The position numbers and the translations under genes were made by a program. A DNA stretch of 64,000 nucleotides from an uncultured Pelagibacteraceae bacterium (lineage in GTDB: Bacteria; Pseudomonadota; Alphaproteobacteria; Pelagibacterales; Pelagibacteraceae): the NCBI GenBank assembly GCA_902584685.1, contig CACIAP010000003.1, positions 18,311 to 82,310 of the forward strand. The letters are read 5' to 3'. Below are positions 19,684 through 27,211 of this stretch, piece by piece (position 1 is the stretch's first letter; the number at the start of each line of letters is the position of its first letter). The notes beneath the pieces are model-generated. The model was not told where the DNA came from, searched no databases, and worked only from the letters and a program-made list of their open reading frames with translations.

Positions 19684-20547
19684 TTAATTAATGATTTTAA
19701 TTTTTATTTTATCTCTTACTTTTGAAATTCCCTCTTTAACTATCTTGTCGCCAACAGACAAACCATCAAGAATAGAAACTTTTCCATAGTTTCTTTTTCC
19801 AATTTTGACTTCAATTTTCTCAATAGTATTATCTTCTAAAACTCTATAAGCAAAAGCTGTATCACCTTGAATCAACAATGAGTTTTCAGGAACTCCTATT
19901 TCTTGAGTTTCATTATAAATAATTTGTATATCTAAAAGCATTCCTGGGACCAATTCTAAATCTTTGTTGTCCACTGTGATGCTTGCAAGAACCGATCTCG
20001 TACTAGGATCTACACGAGAACTCACAGAGTCTATTTTACCATAAAATATTTTATCAAACGCATCTGATCTAACTTCAGCAATAAGACCCGGTTTTAAAAT
20101 TTTAAGATAAATCTCTGGAACTTTAATATTCAGAATAATCGATGAAGTATCATCTAGAGTGAGAATAAAAGACTCTGTTCCTAGGACGCCTTGAGCAATT
20201 TCTCTTTTTCCCAAAACTCCTTTAAAGGGAGCAATGATAATTTCGTTTTTTGTTCTTAATAAAACTTCACCTTCATTAAATACCTTTCCAATGAGAATTT
20301 TTTCATCAAGTATTTCACTTTTTTTGACTCTAAAATTTTTATTTTTTTTTGATAAAGCAGTTCCAAATGTTTCAATACTATCAAAAAAATTGGATGATTG
20401 AATAACTTCAACAATTACTCCTGGTGGTGGATATTTAGAAAATTTCTTTTGAAAATGTTTTCCAATAAAGTGTCTTGCTACTATCACTGAAGCAATGACA
20501 ATCGATAATATTATTAAAAATATTGCAATTTTTTTTGAAGTTTTCAT
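19684..20547 (-). CDS. RND periplasmic adaptor (membrane fusion protein), short form
   Basis: N-terminal TM anchor, IIAPFKG, VPE, RVDPSTRS, LVPGM, GLSVGDKIV; directly upstream of the RND permease. Confidence 0.88.
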   Translation of the reverse strand: MKTSKKIAIFLIILSIVIASVIVARHFIGKHFQKKFSKYPPPGVIVEVIQSSNFFDSIETFGTALSKKNKNFRVKKSEILDEKILIGKVFNEGEVLLRTKNEIIIAPFKGVLGKREIAQGVLGTESFILTLDDTSSIILNIKVPEIYLKILKPGLIAEVRSDAFDKIFYGKIDSVSSRVDPSTRSVLASITVDNKDLELVPGMLLDIQIIYNETQEIGVPENSLLIQGDTAFAYRVLEDNTIEKIEVKIGKRNYGKVSILDGLSVGDKIVKEGISKVRDKIKIKIIN

Positions 20548-21368
20548 GCTGGATATTTACCATATTCACTCCAAGAACCATCATAAATTTTTGGAATATA
20601 ATCGTTATTTACCATTTTATAAGCATAAGCTAGGACTGCGGCTGTAACACCAGATCCACAAGTAAAAACTGGATCTAATCTTTTTTTGATATTTTCATGT
20701 TGATTAAAAAGTTCTCTTAACTCCTCCAGATTTTTAAACTCTCCAGTTTTTTGATTTATACATAAACTAAAAGGTAAACAAATAGAGTTTTGAATGTGTC
20801 CACTTCTCAAACCTTTCCTTGGCTCAGATATTTTTCCTTCAAATCTTTCAAGACTTCTTGCATCAATAACATTAAAACTCTTACTTAAAATATTCTTTTT
20901 GACTTGATCAAGGTTAATTACTAAATTTCCTTTTTCATTTGCAATATAATTACTTTCAATAATTTCTGTCGTATCTTTTGTTATAGGTTTATTTTCAAAA
21001 ATCCATTTTTTTAGTCCACCATTTAAAATATGTATTTTTTTTTCATCATGACCAAAATATAAAAGGCTGAACCAACACCTACATGAGCTTTTCAAATATG
21101 AGTTGTCATATATGAGAATTTCGTCATTATTATTTATGCCTAAGGAACACATTATTTTTTCCCAAGTTTTTTGTTTTGGAAGCATATGCGGAAGGTCTGT
21201 ATCTTTCTCAGAATTTTCATCTAAATCAAAAAAAATTGAGTTTGGAATATGACCATTTCGATATTCTTCAGCAGAATTTCTTTTTTGATCTGGCATGTGC
21301 CAAGTAGCGTCTATTATTTTTAGACTGTTTAAATTATCGAGAACCCAATCTGTCGTGACTAAACTCAT
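20544..21368 (-). CDS. sseA: 3-mercaptopyruvate sulfurtransferase (tandem rhodanese)
   Basis: GHIPNS, LPHMLP, DARS..RF.G..EPR.GLRSGHI, active site CGSGVTA, YDGSWSEY. Confidence 0.92.
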   Translation of the reverse strand: MSLVTTDWVLDNLNSLKIIDATWHMPDQKRNSAEEYRNGHIPNSIFFDLDENSEKDTDLPHMLPKQKTWEKIMCSLGINNNDEILIYDNSYLKSSCRCWFSLLYFGHDEKKIHILNGGLKKWIFENKPITKDTTEIIESNYIANEKGNLVINLDQVKKNILSKSFNVIDARSLERFEGKISEPRKGLRSGHIQNSICLPFSLCINQKTGEFKNLEELRELFNQHENIKKRLDPVFTCGSGVTAAVLAYAYKMVNNDYIPKIYDGSWSEYGKYPA

Positions 21369-21815
21369 CTAAAATTTCTTGTCCAAATATTTTTGATGGT
21401 ATTCCTCAGCTATACAATAATTCTTTAGCAAAGATAATTTAGTTACAATTTTTCCTGAAAAATCATCATTTTTTAATTTTAAGACCTTTTCAGCAATTTC
21501 TTTTTGTTTTGTGTTTAAATAAAAAATTTCACTTCTGTACTGAGTTCCAAAATCTGGACCTTGAGAATTTAAAGTAGTTGGATCATGAATTTTAAAAAAA
21601 AAATTTAAAATTTCTTCATAAGTAATAATTTTTGGATCAAAATTTATTTTTACGACTTCAGCATGATTTGTTTCACCAGAGCAAACTTGTTTGTAAGTTG
21701 TGTTTTCAGTTTTGCCACCACAATAACCTACTTCAGTTTTATAAACTCCATCGAGATCACCAAATTTTTTTTCAGGTCCCCAAAAACATCCACAAGCTAA
21801 AACTGCTATTTCCAT
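21369..21815 (-). CDS. msrA: Peptide methionine sulfoxide reductase A (short form)
   Basis: GCFWG.E, HAEVV, HDPT, QGPDFGTQYRS, AEEYHQKYL. Confidence 0.95.
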   Translation of the reverse strand: MEIAVLACGCFWGPEKKFGDLDGVYKTEVGYCGGKTENTTYKQVCSGETNHAEVVKINFDPKIITYEEILNFFFKIHDPTTLNSQGPDFGTQYRSEIFYLNTKQKEIAEKVLKLKNDDFSGKIVTKLSLLKNYCIAEEYHQKYLDKKF

Positions 21816-21848
21816 TGATTATTTTAATTATATAACTAAGTTAAACTT

Positions 21849-22733
21849 ATGCTTTCTAAAAATCAATTAGGCTTTTTGTACATGTTTCTCTCTGTTTGTG
21901 CATTTTCATTAATGGATTTAATTGTAAAGTGGTCTGTCGACTATCCAATTGGTCAGGTTTTGTTTTTTAGGGGCTTCTTTGGAATAATCTTTTATTTATT
22001 TATAATCCCAAGAGAAAGATTTCATAATTTTTATAAAACTAAACGGCCAGGATTACATGCTTTAAGGTGCGGCTCAGGACTCATAGCACTAATTGCAATA
22101 TTTATTGCTTTAAGACAGCTGCCATTAGCAACTGTTGTGAGTATATCTTTTGCTGCTCCAATATTCACAACAATATTGTCTATTTTTTTACTAAATGAAA
22201 AAGTTGGAATTTTTAGGTGGTTAGCAGTCATCATAGGCTTTTTTGGAATTCTTATTATTACAGAACCTGGGATCACTGAATTAAATATTTATTATATTTT
22301 TCCAATTATATTTTGTTTAGGTCTCTCCTATGTAGCTATAACTATTAGACAACTGTCAACAACTGAACCAGTATGGTTGATTTCTTTTTATTTTTCTTTA
22401 GCAATTTTATTATTAAGTTTTTTTACTATTCCTCAGGGTTGGATTATGCCTACTTTAAATCATTTTATACTTTTATCATTAATAGGTATTTTTGGGGGTG
22501 CTGCAAACTTATGGTTAAGTCAATCATATAAATTTTCAGAAGTTTCTTTAGTAACTCCACTCAAATATTTGGCTTTAGTTTTTGCTATTATATTTGGATA
22601 TCTCATTTGGGACGAGATACCTTTGTTTAAAACACTAATCGGATCTTTATTGGTAATTGTTTCCACGCTTATAATTTTTAGGAGAGAGATTTATAAGAAA
22701 AAAATCATAACATCTAGACCAATTAATGACTAA
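21849..22733 (+). CDS. DMT/EamA family transporter
   Basis: Roughly ten TM segments, duplicated EamA pattern (LPLA...F.APIF...LLNEKVG..RW.A..IGF.G....PG). Confidence 0.88.
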   Translation: MLSKNQLGFLYMFLSVCAFSLMDLIVKWSVDYPIGQVLFFRGFFGIIFYLFIIPRERFHNFYKTKRPGLHALRCGSGLIALIAIFIALRQLPLATVVSISFAAPIFTTILSIFLLNEKVGIFRWLAVIIGFFGILIITEPGITELNIYYIFPIIFCLGLSYVAITIRQLSTTEPVWLISFYFSLAILLLSFFTIPQGWIMPTLNHFILLSLIGIFGGAANLWLSQSYKFSEVSLVTPLKYLALVFAIIFGYLIWDEIPLFKTLIGSLLVIVSTLIIFRREIYKKKIITSRPIND

Positions 22734-23361
22734 AGTACCTAAATATTGGAATAAGGCAAAAAAATATTTATCCAAAAAAGATGAAACTATTTCTAAGTTA
22801 ATTAAAAGTTATGAAAGTCCCTCAGAAACTATTTTAACTACAAGACGAGATATTTTTTTTTCGCTATGCAAAAGTATAATTGGACAACAAATTAGCGTTG
22901 CAGCAGCGAATTCAGTTTTTTTAAAATTTAAAAAGAAATGTAAAAATAAAATTAATGCAAAAACAGTATCCAAGTTGACCTTTGCTCAATTGAAAAGCTG
23001 TGGATTAAGCAGTCAGAAAGTATTAGGCATAAAGAGTTTAGCCAAGCAAACGATTGAAAAAACTTTTAACCCTAAATTAATTCATAAGATGTCTGATGAG
23101 GAGGCTATAAATTATTTATCACAGTTGAGACAAATAGGAAGATGGTCAGCTGAGATGATCTTATTATTCACATACAATAGATCAAATATTTGGCCAATTC
23201 AAGATATTGGCCTTTTAAGAGCTATATCAAAAAATTATAAAAAAAAATATCTACCACCTGAAAAATTTGTATCATTATTAAAAAAAAGATTTAGTCCTTA
23301 CTGCTCCGTTGCAACGTGGTATTTATGGAGATCAATAGACCCTGAACCCATTCAGTATTAG
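22726..23361 (+). CDS. alkA: DNA-3-methyladenine glycosylase II (AlkA, HhH-GPD)
   Basis: IIGQQISVAAA, GLS..K, IGRWSAEM, WPIQDIG, PYCSVATWYLW. Confidence 0.85.
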   Translation: MTKVPKYWNKAKKYLSKKDETISKLIKSYESPSETILTTRRDIFFSLCKSIIGQQISVAAANSVFLKFKKKCKNKINAKTVSKLTFAQLKSCGLSSQKVLGIKSLAKQTIEKTFNPKLIHKMSDEEAINYLSQLRQIGRWSAEMILLFTYNRSNIWPIQDIGLLRAISKNYKKKYLPPEKFVSLLKKRFSPYCSVATWYLWRSIDPEPIQY

Positions 23362-23362
23362 T

Positions 23363-24256
23363 TCAATCAAGCCAATCCTTAAACTTACTTTCATGATTCT
23401 GAACGTATTGTGGCAATTTATCTTTAGGATATAAACTTAATTTTCTTTTTTTTTCAGCAAATTTCTTTTCTGTTTTGTCTGCATACATGTCATAAATAGT
23501 TTCATTATTTCTCACTAATCTTGATATTTCTTTTAAATCAATATTTTCAACTTCAAAATCTCTGTGGTGTAAATAAGATTTTAATTTGATTTCAATATCA
23601 GCTGGACTTTTCAAATTTGAAAAATGCCAACCCCCATCATTAATGAAAATTTTATTAACATATTTTGTCTCTGAAAAAATAGTATCCAGTCTCCAAAATC
23701 CAAATTTTTTATTCTTAATGTTTCTAATCCATTGAGGTGATTTTAGATTTTTCTTTTTACAAGCTTTTGTTCCATACCACTTAAAACCTTCAAGATATCT
23801 ATTCAACTTATAATAAAAAATGTTTTGTTCAAAAATAACAATTTTATTTTGCACTTTTGCTACATTTAGATCTTTTAAATCTGGTATCTCATCTACATCA
23901 GATATCATTATCAAATCATCTTCGTTTGCTTTATCTAGCCCTTTATGAATTTGATTTCTTTGAAAATTTTCTCTTTTGTGAGCATTAAAAATAAATTTAT
24001 GAGATTTTAATGCTTCATCATCCTCTTTATTAACTTTTTCTAAATTTGGAGGTTCATCATCTTGCACAATATAAATTATTTTATCTTTAAATTTGGGGTA
24101 CTTGTTAATATCAAATTTTAAATCCCTTTTTTTACCGTTGTGGTAGAATTTACTTTCAACGATAACGAAACAATCAACAGAATTTTTTAAAGAGTTAAGT
24201 CTTATGTCTAATACAGCCTCTTCGTCATAAAACATAAAACAATCAAAGATTCGCAT
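23363..24256 (-). CDS. Glycosyltransferase family 17-like (GnT-III-like) protein
   Basis: IFDCFMFYDE..L.IRL, FVIVES, RENFQRN, ISDVDEIP (DxD) and GGWHFS. Confidence 0.8.
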   Translation of the reverse strand: MRIFDCFMFYDEEAVLDIRLNSLKNSVDCFVIVESKFYHNGKKRDLKFDINKYPKFKDKIIYIVQDDEPPNLEKVNKEDDEALKSHKFIFNAHKRENFQRNQIHKGLDKANEDDLIMISDVDEIPDLKDLNVAKVQNKIVIFEQNIFYYKLNRYLEGFKWYGTKACKKKNLKSPQWIRNIKNKKFGFWRLDTIFSETKYVNKIFINDGGWHFSNLKSPADIEIKLKSYLHHRDFEVENIDLKEISRLVRNNETIYDMYADKTEKKFAEKKRKLSLYPKDKLPQYVQNHESKFKDWLD

Positions 24257-24314
24257 AAAATGATTTCTAACTTATATATCTTGATATATAAATCTAAAAA
24301 TAGAACAATTTTTT

Positions 24315-24854
24315 ATGTCTAAAAAACTTATTATTGACTGGAATGAATACAATAAATCAATAGACGAGCTCGCAATTCAAATAAGCGAAAGTGGATTTAA
24401 ACCATCTTTTATTATCTGCATTGCACGGGGTGGTTTGAGAGTGGGGGATATACTCAGTAGAATTTTCAAAGTAAAATGTGGTTACCTTGGAGTTGAAAGC
24501 TATTCATCAGCAGGAGAGGGAAAAGTATCCGATGTTCAAAATGAACTTACATTTGCAAGAGACTTGTCCACAACAAGTAAAATTTATGGGGAAAATATTT
24601 TAGTAACAGATGATCTTATTGATACTGGTGTGACACTTGAAAAGACTTTAGATTGGCTTAAAAAATATAAAGATTTTGAAAATAAGAAAGTTATTTTTAA
24701 ATCTGCTGTTCTTTACAAAAAAGAAAAATCTAAATTTATGTCAGATTATATTGTTCATAGTCTTAAAGATAACCCTTGGATTGTTTTTCCTTACGAATTA
24801 CGTGAACTTATCTCAATAGATCAACTAAAAAAAGAACTAAAAAAAAAGGGCTAG
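24315..24854 (+). CDS. Type I phosphoribosyltransferase (xanthine/guanine/hypoxanthine-like)
   Basis: IARGG, PRPP-binding VTDDLIDTGVTL, C-terminal WIVFPYE; convergent with an NCS2 permease. Confidence 0.85.
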   Translation: MSKKLIIDWNEYNKSIDELAIQISESGFKPSFIICIARGGLRVGDILSRIFKVKCGYLGVESYSSAGEGKVSDVQNELTFARDLSTTSKIYGENILVTDDLIDTGVTLEKTLDWLKKYKDFENKKVIFKSAVLYKKEKSKFMSDYIVHSLKDNPWIVFPYELRELISIDQLKKELKKKG

Positions 24855-24878
24855 AAATTATTTTTCTAGCCCTTTTTT
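24842..24878. terminator. Bidirectional intrinsic terminator
   Basis: AAAAAAGGGCTAGAAA-TTATT-TTTCTAGCCCTTTTTT, a perfect inverted repeat with A and T tails between convergent genes. Confidence 0.9.
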
Positions 24879-24890
24879 AATTAATTTAAA

Positions 24891-26202
24891 TTAAGCAACT
24901 ACAAAACTCAAAACACTTAAAATAGCAATTATCCATATTGCTGGTGAAGTGGTTACAAATTTTCCTGTAAAAATTTTAATTAAAGCATACGCCACAAAAG
25001 CAAGAGCAATACCATTGCTTATGCTATACGTTAAAGGCATGGTAATCATCGCAACTACAGCAGGAGCAGATTCAGAAATGTCATCCCAGGAAATATCCGT
25101 GATATTTCTCACGAATAAAACTGCTACATATAATAATGCTGCTCCATCAATTTCTTTAGGCAAACTTGTTGCTAAAGGAGAAAAAAATAAACATGATAAA
25201 AATAATACACCAATAACTAACGATGTCATTCCTGTTCTTCCACCTGCTTTAACTCCTGCTCCAGACTCAACATAACTTGTGACGGTAGTTGTTCCCATTA
25301 AAGCTCCAGCAACTGTACCAACACTGTCAGATAACATCGCCTTGTTGATATCTTGAACTTTACCTTTGCTGTCTACCTTACCTGCAACGTTTGCTACTGA
25401 AGTTAATGTTCCAGCTGTGTCAAAGAAATCAATAAATAGCAAAGTAAAAACTACAGTAGACATGCTTGCAGTCAAAGCAGCTTTGAGATCAAAGTCAAAC
25501 AAGTAAGTCATAGGAGGTGGTGTATCAACTATCCCATTAAACTTTGCAAGACCTGTTGCCCATGCAATTATACTAAATGCAATTATTCCGATTATAATAT
25601 TGCCTTTGACTTTAAGTTTTTTCTAAAACAACCATGGCTACAAAAGCTAAACATCCTAAAAGTACCAACGGATTTTTAATATCGCCTAAAGTTACTAAGG
25701 TTACTGGATGATCTCCAACTACACCCATAATTTCAAGTCCAATTATAGCTAAGAATAAACCTATTCCAGCACCAATTCCTAATTTCAAACTTCTTGGTAT
25801 AGAATTTATTAACCAAGCTCTTAAAGGAGTAAGTGAAATTATTAAAAATAGAACCCCCGCAACGAGCACCGCACCAAGAGCAGCTTGTGGTGAGTAACCC
25901 ATTCCTCCTACAACTCCAAAAGCAACAAATGCATTTATTCCCATTCCAGGCGCAAGACCTATTGGCCAAGTTTTTCCATAAAAAGCCATTATGAAACAAG
26001 CTACGGCAGTTGCTAAAATTGTTGCGGTGAAAACTGCTCCAAAATCAAAAAAACCTTTTTCAGGACCAGCAAATTCTCCTGACAATATAAAAGGATTTAA
26101 AAACATAATATAAGCCATTGTTAGGAAAGTTGTTATCCCTGCAATAACCTCTGTTTTAAAACTAGTTTTATGTTTTTTATATTCAAAATATTTATCTAAC
26201 AT
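24891..26202 (-). pseudogene. NCS2/AzgA-type purine permease split by a one-base frameshift (possibly a sequencing artefact)
   Basis: N-half (EVIAGITTFLTMAYI, LAPGMG) and C-half (DFFDTAGT, VTSYVESGAGV..GGRTG, PLTYSISNG) join into one 436-aa ORF if one A is removed from the A6 run at 25617-25622. Confidence 0.85.
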
Positions 26203-26329
26203 GAGACCTCCAATTCAATAAATTGATTATCAGATTCTTTTTTTAATTACTTTAATTACTTGTTTTTTATTAACAAATTTCAACTTGAAGTTTATTTTTT
26301 ATGTAAAGTAATTATGATAAGTAATTTAA

Positions 26330-26635
26330 ATGATAAAAAAAATTCTAATTATAACTTTATTGATACCGTTGATTTATGGATGTCAAACTGTCCAAGACAA
26401 AACAAACAATCTTGTTGAAAAAGAGGAAAAATACCTAGAAAAATTTATTCATAAAAGAATTGAGAAAGTTATTCAGGAATTTGGAGAGCCAACGCAATAT
26501 TTATCACCAGATCCAGAAAGCGGTGGAGGAAAATTAATATATAATACTAAAAAATTAGGAATTAAATGTGTAAGAACTTTCGAAGTTGATGAGTCAGAGA
26601 GTGTTGTAGGATTTTCATCAAAAGGATGTTTTTGA
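26330..26635 (+). CDS. Hypothetical lipoprotein
   Basis: Signal peptide with lipobox-like IYGC; FGEP motif; two further Cys. Confidence 0.75.
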   Translation: MIKKILIITLLIPLIYGCQTVQDKTNNLVEKEEKYLEKFIHKRIEKVIQEFGEPTQYLSPDPESGGGKLIYNTKKLGIKCVRTFEVDESESVVGFSSKGCF

Positions 26636-26658
26636 CTTGTGGGGATTTTCCCCACAAG
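26636..26658. terminator. GC-rich hairpin between convergent genes (likely terminator)
   Basis: CTTGTGGGGA-TTT-TCCCCACAAG, a perfect 10-bp stem; U-tails are weak. Confidence 0.65.
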
Positions 26659-26669
26659 CAAGGTTGAAC

Positions 26670-27116
26670 TTATTTAATTTCAATAAGCTTTTTTTTCTTA
26701 TAATCAGGTATTACTCTTTCGCAAGCGATAGTTAGCAAACCATCTTTTAACTCGGCTCCATTTACCTTAACATCATCTGCTATTGTAAATGATCTAGCGA
26801 ATTGTCTTTGAGATATTCCTTTATGTAAAATCTCTCCGTCCTGATCTTTGTTTTCTGATTTATCTGTCTGTTTTGTTCTAACAGTCAGCATATTGTCCTC
26901 AAACTCCACCTCTACATCTTTTTTAGTAAAACCGGCTAAAGCAACTTCAATAGAATACTTATCTTTACCTGTTTTTCTAATATTGTAAGGCGGGTAATTT
27001 GATTGCATACTCATTCCTCCATTACCCAACATGTTTTCAAATTGATCAAACATGTCGTCAAAACCAATTGAAAATGGTCTTAAGGAATTGAATATTGATA
27101 GATCCTTACTTGTCAT
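26670..27116 (-). CDS. ibpA: Small heat-shock protein IbpA (Hsp20)
   Basis: IGFD, NYPPYNI, IEVALAGF, LHKGISQRQFARSF, LKDGLL. Start set to ATG 27116 after SD GGAGG. Confidence 0.93.
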   Translation of the reverse strand: MTSKDLSIFNSLRPFSIGFDDMFDQFENMLGNGGMSMQSNYPPYNIRKTGKDKYSIEVALAGFTKKDVEVEFEDNMLTVRTKQTDKSENKDQDGEILHKGISQRQFARSFTIADDVKVNGAELKDGLLTIACERVIPDYKKKKLIEIK

Positions 27117-27167
27117 ATTATCCTCCTTTGTTAGCAAGAATTACAAAGGTCCCATTAGGCAACCTTT
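27114..27167 (-). promoter_or_regulatory. ROSE-like RNA thermometer in the ibpA 5' UTR
   Basis: Minus strand: hairpin AAAGGUUGCC-UAAU-GGGACCUUU, then UUCUUGCU-AACAA-AGGAGGA-UAAU-AUG. This is the ROSE U(U/C)GCU motif opposite the SD. Confidence 0.75.
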
Positions 27168-27172
27168 AATAA

Positions 27173-27202
27173 ATATATGGTAAGTATTTCTATTTTTTCA
27201 AG
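27173..27202 (-). promoter_or_regulatory. sigma32 (RpoH) promoter of ibpA
   Basis: Minus strand CTTGAA-N16-CCATATAT. Confidence 0.8.
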
Positions 27203-27211
27203 ACGCTGAAA

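Noticed and set aside
25608-25630. Programmed ribosomal frameshift in the NCS2 gene
   Set aside because: It would require a +1 shift, and I saw no internal SD or stimulatory structure. A homopolymer indel is the simpler explanation.
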